DNA of 64,000 bases from the NCBI RefSeq assembly GCF_009914755.1, contig NC_060934.1; one strand, 5' to 3'. Under the pieces are notes generated by a model. The model was not told the origin of the DNA. It saw only the letters and a list, made by a program, of their open reading frames with translations, and did no database searches. The DNA comes from the human T2T-CHM13v2.0 reference genome, Homo sapiens. The position numbers were made by a program, and so were the translations under genes. Position 1 is the stretch's first letter. Every line of letters begins with the position of its first letter. Shown here piece after piece: positions 1-15,140 of this stretch.

Positions 1-798
1 GCAGGGGCCAGGGTGTTGGAGGTGCTCTATAAACCCCGCCTCGCCCCATGCAATCCAGCAACCCCTCTGTCGCTGCTTGCTGCCCACCATGGTGTCTGAT
101 GGTGGGGTATCAGCCCCACAGAAGGAAGGTTATGCTGGCCCTCCGTGGCTGGCAGTGGAAATCACACATTCTACTAAATTGGGCAGAGAAGTTGAGCCCT
201 GTATGGGGGTACTACATACGATGCAAAAATGAGTTAGACAAACTTCTTTCCTTCACAGGGAGGAAAGTGGGGCACACACAGACAGTTTTCAGGAATGGCA
301 GATTCTGCCACATGTTCCAAGAGAGGGATGACGAGGGGCTCCCGGGTCAAGACCAGTGAATGGTTAGGGACTCTAGGAGAGGGGCATTTGGGATGGGCCT
401 GGGGGGTGGATCAGAGTTTGGAAGGCAGTTACAGAAGGAAAGGATAGAGGAACCAGCAATGAGAGAACAGTCTGGGGTGTACCAGGGAAGAGGTAGATAC
501 GAGAACACTAAGCCCAACCAGACTGTGGACACTAGGGTTTGGGTCTGAAATTAATTCAGCAGATCATAGGGAGCCATTGAAGGATTTTGGGCAGAGAAGG
601 ACAATAATTTTAGCTACTGGCCTTGACTTCTTGCCCCTGGGCCTCTTATGAGAGCCTTCACAAGTAGTAAAATGCACTAGTGTGTACCTCTGAGTGCCAG
701 CCTAGAGCCAGTGGGGAGCCATTAGATGGCAACAGAGACACAGAAACACCAGAGGGAGGAGCCTGGAGCACAGTTGAGGTGCTCACCTGGAGCCCTGA

Positions 799-1111
<313 letters not shown>

Positions 1112-3469
1112 TTTGGTTTGGCATTTTTTAGGTACAATATGAAAATGGCCAGCTGGGCCATCCCCTTCCCCAATCCCTGTCACCATCTGGCTGGCCTGTG
1201 AGACCCTGGAAGTTACCCTGCAGGGAGACAGAGATGCTCATTCCTAGAACATTGCAGGGAAGGGGGTGTTTGCAGCAGGAAGAGGAAATTTTGTTCTCTA
1301 TACATAGGCCCTTGGCACTCCTCGAACCCTCCTTCCTAAAATGGGCCCCAAGGGTCACTGTCTGTCTGCCACTTTATTTGTCTGTTGGACTTTCAGTTGG
1401 TCAACCACAAACAAGTCTTGCTTGGGAGGAGGTTGTTTAAACGGTGCCATGACAAGCAGATTGGGGCTGGGATAGACTCAGTCGCTGCCCTTGCCTGGAT
1501 AGGGCAGGATGGCAGGTGGGCGGTGGAGCAGCCACAGTGGGTCCTCTCTGGAGTCGGGTCAGCCAGCATCTGGGGGGCTGCTCTGGGAATACGAAGACCA
1601 GCTCCACTCACCAGCTGTGAGATCTTGAGCAAGTCACTTAACACCACTGCGCCTCTCTTTCCTCACTTGCAAAAGTGGGTGGGAGGTAATGACAGTACTT
1701 ACCTGTGGAGTTCTGGTCAAAATTAAATTCATACATTAATATGTGTCATGAGAACGTGGGTGCAGTTGTAGTTATAGGTGACAGAGATAGACGTACCTTT
1801 CTTGAGCTGCCTTTATGTCCAGGCCCTATACTAGGCCCTGGGCACATGTGGACCCCATGACCCCACGCTGCCCTCTGGGAGCCACATCCTGGTTGGGGGA
1901 GACGCACGTTAACCTTAGCTTCAGTGCCTCAGTGTGATCAGGGCTGGGAATACTGAGTGTGCGCAGGGAGGAGCCCTAACTTTGCCTTGGGGGTCAGGGA
2001 GGGCAGAAGGGTGTGAGCTAGGCAGGAGAGGGAGGGGCGCTGTTCAAGCGGAGGGGGCAGAGCCAGGTCCTGGGAGCTACACGTGGTCCAGTCTGGGTCA
2101 GAGATGAGGCTAGACATTCAGGGCCGACAATGTGTGTAGGAGGGGAGGGGTTTTCCTTCAAGCACAGATCTACCGCCTCCTCCCAGGCCCAGGGCCCCTG
2201 ACAGGCCCTGCTGCAGCCCGGCACTGGCCCTGCACCCATCAAGGCCCAAGGTCAGTGCTGCTGCCCTCACCCTGGCAGAGGCAAGGAGCAGCTTTTCATC
2301 TAGTTCGGCTTCCTACACTTGAAAAATGAAGCTCTCCCTCTCCTCCTCACCCAGGCATACATATTTCACATGGTCATTAGGCGGTGGCACTGAAGGACTC
2401 ACAAATCTTCCCTGATCAGCATCCGCAGCCTGGGCAGGCAGTGAGAGGCCCTGGGGACAAGGGTCACTGTGGGAACCATGGCTGTGCCCAGTCCAACGTG
2501 GGCAGGGGAGGCCAAGCCTTGCAGGGGTTGGGGGTGTGAAGCCAGCTTCTGCTCTAAGACAGTCCAGTCCTGTCTCCTGGCACTCATCACCTAATTTCCC
2601 TGGGCCTCAGCTGCTCCAGGCCCCAGGGTGAAGGGGATGGGATGCAGGCACCTCACACATCCTTCCCGTCCTGACAGTCCAGAGCAATTTTGTGGGGCAC
2701 CCAGATCTGAAGGGCTCATCCCCAGGGCTCAGATGTGACCTTCTCCAGGGGCAGCACACCCCCCATGACCCAGGCCCCTCCCTTCCTGCACACCCCACTT
2801 TCTGCTTCTCAGCTGCTCTCCTCCACCTCCTAGCCTGCTGTCTCTCCTCTACTTCCCTTTTCCTTTTCTTTCTGTCATTTGCTTCACTTCTGTCCTCTTT
2901 CTTCTGAGTCCTGCCTTCTTTGTCTTCACCGCTGTCTCTCTGCCCCTTCCCTATTTTCTCTGCACCACCCCCTTCTTATTCATTTTTCAGGCATTTATGA
3001 AGCATCTACTGCATGCCAGGCACCGTCTGTGCTGTGCAGTGAGCCCCACAGGTGCCTGCCCTGCCCTCGTCCTTCCCCAAACCCTTTTCCTTTGACAAAG
3101 GCAAATGATGGGGGCCAAGGAGGTATGGTTTGGTCACACAGTGACCTGGAACTGAGGCCTCCACACCACAGTGACCCCTCGCCAAGGGGTTCAATGACAT
3201 GGCAGTCAGATCTTCCCAAGACCAAGCTGCAGTTGTAACAGTCCAACAAGACCATGCATTGATGACCATGATTGTCATTTGAACCTGGGGGTGGGAAGGA
3301 CTCTGGGATTCCTCCTGCTCCCCTTCTCCTCCGTCCCTGTAAAATGAGGATGAATCTGGGGTTACTTTGGGCAGTGTGGTCTCCTCTCGCCTGGAATAAC
3401 CAGGCTCCCTTCCTTCTGAGAACAAGCGCCCCTCTTGGCTCAGAGGCAATCACTGATGGAGGGCAAGGG

Positions 3470-3690
3470 CATGGCTAGGTGGCACAGGATTCAAACCCAG
3501 CACAGTTCTTTCTCTAGCTGTGAAGCCTTGAGTGAACGATGTACTGTCTCGATGCCTCAGTTTCCCCATCTGTAAATTGGAGGTGGTGCTAATAATAGTA
3601 CCTACCTCACAGGGCTGTTGTGAGGGTGAAGGGGTTGTAGGTAGAAGGCGTGCAGGAGCCAGCAGTCGCTGCTGCCGTTGTGAGGAATGG
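3470..3690 (+). mobile_element. MIR SINE
   Basis: gcctcagtttccccatctgtaaa...aataatagtacctacctcacagggctgttgtgag core. Confidence 0.85.
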
Positions 3691-4429
3691 CACAGGCAGT
3701 GGGAGAGGCCCCGTCCAGGAGCCAGTCCTGGGTTGGAGGGTGGTGACATGGCTCAGTGCCTTCCTTTCACTTGTTCAGCATGCACCCCCTGAGAACCTGG
3801 GATGAGCTCTGAGCCTGGCTGGGGTGGTGGCGGGGACAGAGGTCTGCACCGTCTATAGGAGCATAAGCTGTGGGGATATTGAAAGGAAATCCAACACAAG
3901 AGGCAGCCCTATACAAGCTGGCAGCCCAGAGCCCCCAGAAATGGCATCTTTCTGTATAGCCAAGTTTTCTGGATAACTAAGATCTTAATCCTTTGGGTAT
4001 AAACTTTTTTTCATTTCATTCATTTGGGATAGAAATATATTTTTCACTTATCTGCCTTCCTGAACTGAATGTACTAAACACAAATTAGCTTTTCCTTGAA
4101 AATTCAGGCTTATCATAAAGAACATAGAATTTACTAGATTTAATAGACTCCAGGAACTTTAAAAGGAACCTCAAAAATATTGAGCACAAAGGGATCAAAA
4201 TACATTTTTAGCCATGAGGGCTTTATCCACTTACAATCTTATAGAGATACCTTAAATATAAAACAGATGCAAGTGGACCCCAAAGTCAGTCTGAGGCCTT
4301 TCCCTACGGGCATCTGGTGGCAGGCAGCAGTTTGCCCAGCTCTGGGGCAGTGGTCTGGGAAGAGAACAGAGGTCACATCTAGACCTCTGCATGGATTATT
4401 TACTGTCTCGAAGTACTGCATGGATTATG

Positions 4430-4530
4430 TACAACCTCTTCACCCTCACAACAGCCCTGTGAGGTAGGTACTATTATTAGCACCACCTCCAATTTACAGA
4501 TGGGGAAACTGAGGCATCAAGACAGTACAT
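4430..4530 (-). repeat. 101-bp inverted copy of 3539-3639 (MIR-derived)
   Basis: Reverse complement matches with 2 mismatches by manual alignment. Confidence 0.95.
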
Positions 4531-4955
4531 AATCCTTGCATGGATTATGTGTTTCATAAGTAACTGTTGAGTGAATGAACGATGTCATTTAGCCTGCACT
4601 GTGGATTAGAACCATGCCAGGGACAATATGGAAGCCAATATTCCAAGCCACAAAAGCCAAACCCCCATTAAAACTTTAGGTCAGGGGAGATGGAGGAGGG
4701 CCTCCCTGGGATGGCCACACCTGGTGTGTGGAGGAACACCTGGTGGCGGTGGAGAGGCCAGTTTCTGTCCCACTCTGCTTCTGACCCGCTCCTAACCCAG
4801 ACTGGCAGCAGGCTTTCACCAGGCCTCACTGGGGTCTGGGCCTCAGAAAATTCACCCTGGGCCAAAGGAGACGTGCGAGAGGAACATGGGTTTCCTGTGG
4901 ACCTGAAGCCTCAGCTGGGCCTGGCAGTAATGACTTCTTGTTCTCGCTGTTGCAG

Positions 4956-5020
4956 GCAACTGACAATGATGCAGCCACCTTTGGGGAAGTCAGCTACTTC
5001 TTCAGTGATGACCCTGACAG
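4956..5020 (+). CDS. CDH23: CDH23 exon 15 (65 nt; ATDNDAATFGEVSYFFSDDPD-R)
   Basis: Acceptor tgttgcag|GCA, donor GACAG|gtgaga; AxDxD motif; phase 2 joins the next exon (AG+G=Arg). Confidence 0.96.
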
Positions 5021-5747
5021 GTGAGACTCTGCCCACAGCCCCTCAGGCCCCTCCGCAGTGGTCCTTGGCCCTCCCCAGACTCATGAGATCTGGGAACTTT
5101 TCAGTGCCCAGGGAGGGAGGTGCTGGGTCCTGTGGCTAGAGCACTGGACTGGAAGTTGGAACCCATGGGCACTGTGGCTGGTTTGACTCTGATTGTGGCA
5201 CAGCCTTGGTCAAGTCTCCTCAACTCTCTGGGGCACAGCTTATCTGACCCTCAAAAGATAGCCTTTAGCTTTGGGAATGGATCCATTGTGTCTCTGAGAG
5301 GCTTTGAAGTACTAGCGACAGCACACCGCCACCACCGCCAGCCGCAGTTACTACATGTCAGGCTCATGATGGCCAAGGGCTTCACAGGCATTGTCTTGTG
5401 TCATCCTCTCAGTGAAATGACAGAAGAACTCAGTGCTAGGCACTTTTATCATCCCCACTTTACAGATGAGGAAAGTGCAACTCTGAGAGGCTAAGTCACT
5501 TGTCCAAAGTCACACAGCTATAAGTGCCGTGGTCAGGCTTCTGCATGTGACCTTCACCACTAGGCTACACAGCCTGCCCCAAGAGGGCTCTCAACATGCA
5601 GCAACTTGTAGGTGGGTTACTCACCTCCCTGCCTAACACATGCCAGCCTTGCCCCATCACCCTTCATGGTAAATTGGTCCGGGCTTGATTTTGGGCCATC
5701 TCTTTCCCTTGTCTTCAGTTAATCCAAGCCAAAGGCAGCCCTCTAAC

Positions 5748-6052
5748 TTTTTTTTTTTTTTTTTTTTTTGAAACAGAGTCTCACTCTGTTGCCCAGGCTG
5801 TAGTGCAATGGTGCAATCTCAGCTCAAACTGCAACCTCCACCTCCTAGGTTCAAGCAATTTTCCTGCCTCAGCCTCCTGAGTAGCTGGGATTACAGGCAC
5901 CCACCAGCACACCTGGCTAATTTTTGTATTTTTAGTAGAGATGGGGTTTCACCATGTTGGCCAGGCTGGTCTCAAACTCCTGACCTCAGGTGATCCACCC
6001 ACCTCAGCCTCCCAAGTGCTGGGATTACAGGCATGAGCCACTGCACCCGGCC
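5748..6052 (-). mobile_element. Alu (S-like)
   Basis: Poly-T, reverse Alu body, imperfect TSD ccctct(a/c)actttt. Confidence 0.96.
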
Positions 6053-6066
6053 CCCTCTCACTTTTA

Positions 6067-6615
<549 letters not shown>

Positions 6616-7301
6616 TTATCCTGGTCATCTTGGATGGTCTCACCTCTTCCCATCTTCTGGGCCTGAGACTTTCCTCACTCCAAGCCAGAACCTTCCAGGC
6701 TTGGTGGCTGGCAGCTGTGGTCAGAGCACACAGATGTCAACTGACAGCTCAGATGAGGCTCCTGAGGGGACATTTAGATGAGGTAGTTGGAGGCATTGTC
6801 TTGCCGGACCTTTCTGCTACCTGGGAGATGTCTACCAGCCTCCCACTCAAGGCTCATTTCCTCAAAGTCAAGGGGCAGCTCCCAAAAGCGGACCAACCAC
6901 CCTGCCCTTCACCAGCTGCTTTCTGCCCATTCCTAGCATTCTGGTGCAAAACGATCTGGGATGGCACACGTTTTTACCCTCACAGTTCTCCAGCATCTAA
7001 ATATCTGCAGTAGGTAGGAACTCCTGTTCATAGCAGGAGGGTTGTTCTGCCTGGGTTTCCTCCTTGCTTAAATCAGGCAACTCCTCCTGCCCACCTCGTG
7101 TGATCCTGGTCCCCGCCACCCACCAACCCCCTTTAGAAATAGCAGCTCTTCTCAGGGCAAGTGAAAGGGAAGGCAGATTTCAGACTTCATTTGTTTCTGT
7201 TTGTCACTCTGGGCAAGGACAGGCTGGGAAATGCCGGCCCCATCAACAAGCCTGTTTTAAACCACGGTGTTCCTTCTCTCCATCCTCTCGGCCTGGCACA
7301 G

Positions 7302-7539
7302 GTTCTCGCTGGACAAGGACACGGGACTCATCATGCTGATTGCCAGGCTGGACTATGAGCTCATCCAGCGCTTCACCCTGACGATCATTGCCCGGGACGG
7401 GGGCGGCGAGGAGACCACAGGCCGGGTCAGGATCAATGTGTTGGATGTCAACGACAACGTGCCCACCTTCCAGAAGGATGCCTACGTGGGTGCTCTGCGG
7501 GAGAACGAGCCTTCTGTCACACAGCTGGTGCGGCTCCGG
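7302..7539 (+). CDS. CDH23: CDH23 exon 16 (238 nt; FSLDKDTG...LDYE...LDVNDN...LVRLR)
   Basis: ggcacag|G and CGG|gtaagg; ORF 7267..7581 carries LDYE and DVNDN motifs. Confidence 0.97.
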
Positions 7540-7609
7540 GTAAGGTGCCAGGGAGCCCTGCACTCCTGCCATTTATCTTAGCCTTCTCCCTGTACTTGCT
7601 TGCTTGCTT

Positions 7610-7956
<347 letters not shown>

Positions 7957-9232
7957 TAAATATTAGGTCAGAATTTAGCAAAAGATCCCACCCCCCGACC
8001 CATCCACTGCCATCTCCCTTAGCAAGGGCATTGAGTGGGGAGCAGTTCCCTGTGTCAGGACCTCCTCCAAGCCCTTTAACGACTGACTAGAATCAGGAAG
8101 TGCTGCAGCTGGAAGGAGCCACAGAGACCATGGAGTGCAACCCCATTTTACAGAAGGGGAACCCAGAGGGGAGGAGGCTTGCCCACGAAGACATAGTCGG
8201 GTAGCAGAGCCAGGTCTAGTCCCGGAATGCTATTCTCCAAGTGCTTCCTGCAGCAAGTCCCCCACTAGGCTTCAGTGACCTTTAACCAGAGACTTTTAAA
8301 TGTCCCCCCTTCCCCATGCTGCCTACCCCAAGGGATGGGACCCAGAGCCTCCATTTGGAACTTGTTTCTGAAGCAGGTAGGGATGAAGGCAAGGCTGGAA
8401 GGGTGAGCACAGGGGATACCAAGAAGAACAGACCATGTGCCCGCCCAGCCTGGCCACGGCCCCCCGTACAACCCTGTCCTGCCCTGCCCTCCCTGCTCAG
8501 CTCCAGGTGTACCCGGAGTGGTGGGGACCACTGGAGGCTCTAGAGTGAGGGACAACCTGGAAAGAAGCTTATTAATTCAGCTCCCAGAGAAGACAGTCAA
8601 GGGGTAGAGGGATCCCTGGCCCCACTCCAGGTGCCTTCTTTCCTCCTTGCTTTCATGCAACATGCATGGATTAGACACCCACTGTGGCCAAATACTGTGT
8701 TGGCCTGTAGGTATGCAGCAGCAATCAAGAAACAAGGTTCCTGCTCACATGAAGCTGACGGTCTAAGTGAGGGAGGCAGAAATTAGATAAGAAATTACCA
8801 CTGGGTGTAAGGGGACCAATGGGGTATGCAACCCTAGGGCCCTAACCGGCTCCAGGAGTCAGGGAGGGCATCTGCAGGTGGGGGTGTTCCAGCTGGGGTT
8901 GGGGGTGGGAGGTAATTGTGTCTCAGCCTCTGGGAAGGCCCGGCCTCTGCATTATTCCTGCGCCTCCCACCTGCCCTCTAGATTCCCCAGGCTGCCTCCA
9001 CACCCAGCACATGGAGGGGAGCAGGGCGTCTGCTGGGAGCCAGAGTGCGGCCTCCAGTTGAAGCACAAGGGGTGCCTCCTGGCGTCCTGGGCCAGGACAA
9101 GACCCAGGGCTGGATCACCCAAAAAAGGAGCTGTGAACAGGGCCAGTCTTCCCCACCCTCCCAGCTGCCCACCCTCTTCTGGCCCCCAGCCTCCTGCAGG
9201 CTCACGGCCCTTGTCTGCCCTCTTCCTTTCAG

Positions 9233-9338
9233 GCAACAGATGAAGACTCCCCTCCCAACAACCAGATCACCTACAGCATTGTCAGTGCATCTGCCTTTGG
9301 CAGCTACTTCGACATCAGCCTGTACGAGGGCTATGGAG
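9233..9338 (+). CDS. CDH23: CDH23 exon 17 (106 nt; ATDEDSPPNNQITY...YEGYG)
   Basis: ctttcag|GCA, GGAG|gtaggt; ATDED motif; phases consistent with neighbours. Confidence 0.96.
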
Positions 9339-10277
9339 GTAGGTGTGGGGCAGAACTCGGGGCCCAGCCAGGAGGAGGGCTGGGGGGCTCTCTGCACTCA
9401 CACCTCCCTTGTGGGGATGAGGCGGGCACTCCTTGTCTCCCTGACACTCTGGGCTACTCAGGAAGCTGCCCGGAGCACCTGGGGTGGAGCAGGATGTGGC
9501 CTGAGTCGCCCTTCCGTAGGGTCAACATCTGTGTCCCTCATCAGCAGGATCTCTCTCTGGTTCTTAGGCCATGGCCAGCCCTGCAATCGAGCCAGAAGTG
9601 TGATGTTAACAGAATCTCTGGGGTTCTCTGTTTCTTACCAAGGCTGCAGGCAGGTCCGTGGGATGGAAGCTCTTTAGCCAAGACTCCCTACTTTTTGGGC
9701 GGCCGTGTGGGACCAGGCACTCTGCACCATGCCCTGCTGCCTGCTGTGGGTCCCCATCCCTAGAGCCCTGGTAGGAAATAGCAGCAACCTCAAGCTCCAA
9801 GATCCCAAGAGAGACTATTTTGTTTTTCAGATAAAGCAGCTAAGGCCCAGAGACAGGGAGCAACTTGCCTGAGCTCACCCTGCAAAGCTGCTGAGCTTGG
9901 CACCAAGTCCCCGTGTGGTCTGGCCCTTGGTTGCCTTGCGAGCCTCAGCTCTCAGCAGCCCTTGCCCCACCAGAGTCCAGCCTCTTTGAACACTTTGACA
10001 CTGTCTCCCCTTACTGGTGTTCACCCCCATGTCTTTGCAGAGTTTGTTCCTTCTGCCAGGAAAACCCTTCCTCCTTGCCCCTTGGTCCTGCCTCCCTTTG
10101 GCTGTCCAGTGTGTAGCCCCTGGCTAGCTTTAAGGGCTCATTTAACACCTCCTCCTTTGGGAAGCTTCTCTGATTCCTGGAGCCTGGGTTAGGTGCCCCC
10201 AGGGCAGAAGGAATCGATGTGCGTTGAGTGACTCTGGGTCCAGTGGTCATTCCTCCCACTACCCCACAGTTAGTTCA

Positions 10278-10971
<694 letters not shown>

Positions 10972-11497
10972 CATCCCTCTTTCAAAAACTTAAAAGTTCC
11001 ATGCTTCTGCCTGCCCCATACCTCACCTTCCTCTCAACTAGAAGAATCCCCCTTAGATTTTATATTACTAAAGCAATAATCTTGTTTCCCTTTTCCAAAT
11101 AGAAAGTTGTAATTTAATATTGTTGTAATGCCTTCTAAGACCTCCCATGCCCCCCACTCCCAAGCCAATATACCTTCCCTCCCCAGTTGAGAATCAATGG
11201 CTTAGCACAAACAAGTACTAATGGAGAGATTTCAGTCGTGTGCAGTGGTAGGGATATTTCAGGGCACAGGCATCTATCTTAGCTCCCTGCAAATCCTGCC
11301 TCTCAGCCTGGGTCTGCCTTTGGCCTTAGGGTTCTTCGCCCACCTCTAAACAGAGTTCTGTTGAAGGTAAGGTCTGCAGCACCTAACCCCGAGTACCTCC
11401 CCATGGGGTCTAAACAGTGCCCAGAGTAGGTGACTGGATGGGTATGAAGAGCCCATAGCATAAAGTGGGGAGGAAATGGAGGGAAGAGAAGAGAGAG

Positions 11498-11647
11498 ACG
11501 CCAGGGGCAGTGGCTCACGCCTGTAATCCTAGCACTTGGGGAGGCCGAGGCGGGAGGATTGCTTGAAGCAGAAGTTCGAGACCAGCCTAGGCAACACAGC
11601 CAGGCTCTGCTTCTACAAAGAAATTTTGTTAAATGAAAATAAATAAA
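11498..11647 (+). mobile_element. Alu left monomer (FLAM-like)
   Basis: gtggctcacgcctgtaatcctagcac...gttcgagaccagcc, A-rich end. Confidence 0.88.
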
Positions 11648-11944
11648 GGAGAAGGGAGGGAAGAAGATTAGAGAAATAGGGCTAGAGACCGAGGAGGGTC
11701 CTGCCTTCTGCACCCCACTGCCTGGTCCTCCCTGGCATCCCCAGTGCTGGGCAACTTCTGGGGAACTCTGTGCTTACCTGGAGAGAGGAGTAGTGACAGG
11801 GAGGCCTGGAGGGCCCAAGGCATGACCCTGTCCTTCGAGCAGCTTCCAGACTGACGGGGAAAATCCATAAAGTGCCAGATGAGTGAGTGAGACAGACAGA
11901 CAGACAGACAGACAAGCAGACAGGAGCACCTACCAAGAAAGAGC

Positions 11945-12125
11945 CTGGGTTCTGGATTCAGCCAAACCTAGGCTCATCTCCCCACTCTGTTGAGAGCTGT
12001 GTGACCTTGGGCAAGTTACTGAACATCTCTGAGCTTGGTTTCTTCATCTGTAAAAGTGGGGCTTACATTACCACCAGCTATCACCTGGTGGGCGCAGCAC
12101 AGGGTCTGGCACATTTCAGGCAGTC
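11945..12125 (+). mobile_element. MIR SINE
   Basis: gctgtgtgaccttgggcaagttactgaacatctctgag...catctgtaaaa core. Confidence 0.8.
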
Positions 12126-12288
12126 AGGAAACCTCAGTCGAGATGTTGAGGCTCCAGGTGTTCAGAAAACAAGCCAGAGCTGGCCCGGGCCATGCCAGCC
12201 ATAACTTCTCTGCCCAAAGGGGACCCCTGTCTGGACGGGCATCTCAAGTCTGCTTACAGAGGGATCTGGCCTGTTCCTGTCATTGCAG

Positions 12289-12416
12289 TGATCAGCGTCA
12301 GTCGCCCCCTGGATTATGAACAGATATCCAATGGGCTGATTTATCTGACGGTCATGGCCATGGATGCTGGCAACCCCCCTCTCAACAGCACCGTCCCTGT
12401 CACCATCGAGGTGTTT
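12289..12416 (+). CDS. CDH23: CDH23 exon 18 (128 nt; VISVSRPLDYE...TIEVF)
   Basis: cattgcag|TG, TTT|gtaagt; LDYE and AMDAG motifs in ORF 12192..12479. Confidence 0.97.
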
Positions 12417-13656
12417 GTAAGTACCCAGGGCCACTGGCCTTGCCCTGCTAGTGTAAGGGATGGTGAGTGCTTCCTGTGAACCCAGTACTGTAGGACTGTG
12501 GCCCCCACCTCCTTGGCTGTCCCTGCACCTTGGGGAGTTTACCCAGCCATCTGTCCCAAAGCCTGCCCTTAGCAAGTCTCTCCACTGCTGCAACAACTTC
12601 ACTGCCTCCCCGCTTGGCCAGGGAAGGCCCAGGGCCCTGGTACTCAGGAAGAGACACATTGTCTGCTCTGACTTCACTGGGGGCCCCAGGACACCCTCGG
12701 TGGGGAACAGGAGCTGGGAGTCAAGTGAGGAGGAAATGTCGTGGGCTTCCTTCATTTATGGCTGCATTCTGTGAAGAACAGAAGAATGACCAGAAGGTCA
12801 TCTTCTCCCTTCTCTCTCTCTCTCTCTCTATCCTGCTCTTCCTTTTTTTCTTCCCTTTTCCACTCCTCTGAAGATCTAAAGCGGTCTGAAACCAAGCCAC
12901 AGTTTCTCTGACATGAATATCAAGCACACCTTAGTATTTTCTGTGTCTGAAATTATCAGTTGCTGAATCCATCTCCACGCTGGTTCATTTGCCCAATGCC
13001 ACACGGGGATGCAGAGAGTGGTATGACAGCGGGACCAACGGGCCCCTCCGCATGGAGACCTCCCCACACACACCTGTGCATGCACCGCCTGCCCCCTCCC
13101 CATCTGTGGGAGACAGCGAACGCGTGTTGATGGAAGAGTTAGTGCATTATCGGCTCCGGGAGGATTAGATCAGGTTGTCAGGTTCAGAGATGCGCTGTGA
13201 TTTCACATAAGCTCAGGAAAATCTCACCCTGGAGCAGACATGCTGGAGAGCCTTCCTGTCACAGCCAGCTTCACCAGCAGCCTCTGCCACTGCCCACGCC
13301 CGGCCTTAACAAGCTCTGTCTTCTCAACCCGAGGCTGAAGCTCCAGGGCCAGCTTCCAAGCGGAAAGGCCATTGTCTGGGCCAGGGACCCAATTTGCTTG
13401 CTGAATAGGATGCAGCTGGAAGTGATGGGAAAGTCAAAGTGATGCCTGATGGGAGAGCCTTCCAGTTGGGCATGTGGGAGCAGAATTTAGGGGGGGCCAG
13501 GAGGATGAGGCTATACAGAACCAGGATAGCAAAGGGAAGGGCAGAGAGTTGGGGCCTGGCTTCTGGAGTCCTTGTGCCTGGCACCTCAGACTTCAGGGAG
13601 TGTTGGGGGAAGGAGGACAGGGACCAGGAGATCTTCAGAAACCTTAAAACTGACCT

Positions 13657-13993
<337 letters not shown>

Positions 13994-14970
13994 CTAGAAA
14001 CACCGAGGGTAGGGAACGATAATGCATTCCCTGGCAGTCATGACCATGGACTGGCACTTTACCCCATGGCCCGACCCTGACCACATCACCTAAACCTGGC
14101 CTTAGTTTCCCAGACTTGACCACAGCCCCCAAGCCTCCTCTAATCGTAGCTGCACTCACAACCCTGACCAACCCACCCATCGCTTTCAACCAGCCAGGAT
14201 GCTGCTCTGCACAAGGAGGCAGTGAATTCTGTGCTGGGCCCCCAGTAGGACAGGAAGGTGAATGTGCAGCCTGCTCCACCCCCCCTGGAGACACCAAGTG
14301 GAAAGAGGGGTGTGGCTGTGGAAAGAGGGGTGTGGCTGTGGAGGCACATGGGTTTGAAACCTGGCTCTGCTGCCCTCTTGCTGTGTGACCTGGGTCTCTG
14401 AAACAACTTCCTCATCTGCAAAATGGTGGTAATCGTGATACCTGCCTCATGATATTTTTGTGAGGCTGAAATGGGATTGTGCAGGTGGCACCTGGCACCT
14501 GGAATGTCTTATCGCTGTAATGACAGCCATGCATAGCAGCAGCCGCACCCATGCCCCAGCCTGTCGCTAGTGCAAATGGGAGTTCCCATGAGTGGGCTGA
14601 GGCAGAGAGGGAGCCATTCAGGCTTTGGGGAGTGGATGCTGGAGAGGGTAAGAGTAAGGGAGGTCTAGGGAAATAAGTTAAGTGTTCTGGCTAGCCCGGG
14701 GCTAGACAGGCCTAAGTAGCGAAATGGAAACTAAAATGTGCTGAGCTCCAGGAACGTGCCAAGTCCTTTCACATGACCCAGCCCCTTTCAGTCCCACTTT
14801 ACAGATGGGGAGGCTGAGGCTCAGGGAGGACCCAGGCTCACCAGTGCCTTTCTTCCTTACTGGCAGAGCTGGGACTTGAACCCTGACCTGAATGACTCCC
14901 ATGTTGACATGCTTTCCACCACAGCCACAGGCCTGGAACCTTGGTCATCCCTATCCACATATGACTGAGA

Positions 14971-15140
14971 CCAGTGCTTCTCAAACTTCCCTGGGCCCTG
15001 GAATTCTCTGGGGATTTCATTAAAAGGCAGATTCGTATTTAGTGGGTCTGAGGCAGGGCTGGGATTCTGTGTGTCCTCCCACACAGCTTGCAGGTGATGT
15101 GGATGCTTCTGGTCAGGGGACAACACTTTGAGGAGCAAGG
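14971..15140. mobile_element. MER5-like hAT-Charlie DNA transposon relic
   Basis: cagtgcttctcaaactt ... acactttgagga termini typical of MER5A; family from memory. Confidence 0.7.

Noticed and set aside
14298-14342. 20-bp tandem duplication (also 17-bp at ~58582-58615)
   Set aside because: Ordinary slippage-type microduplications with no functional cue.
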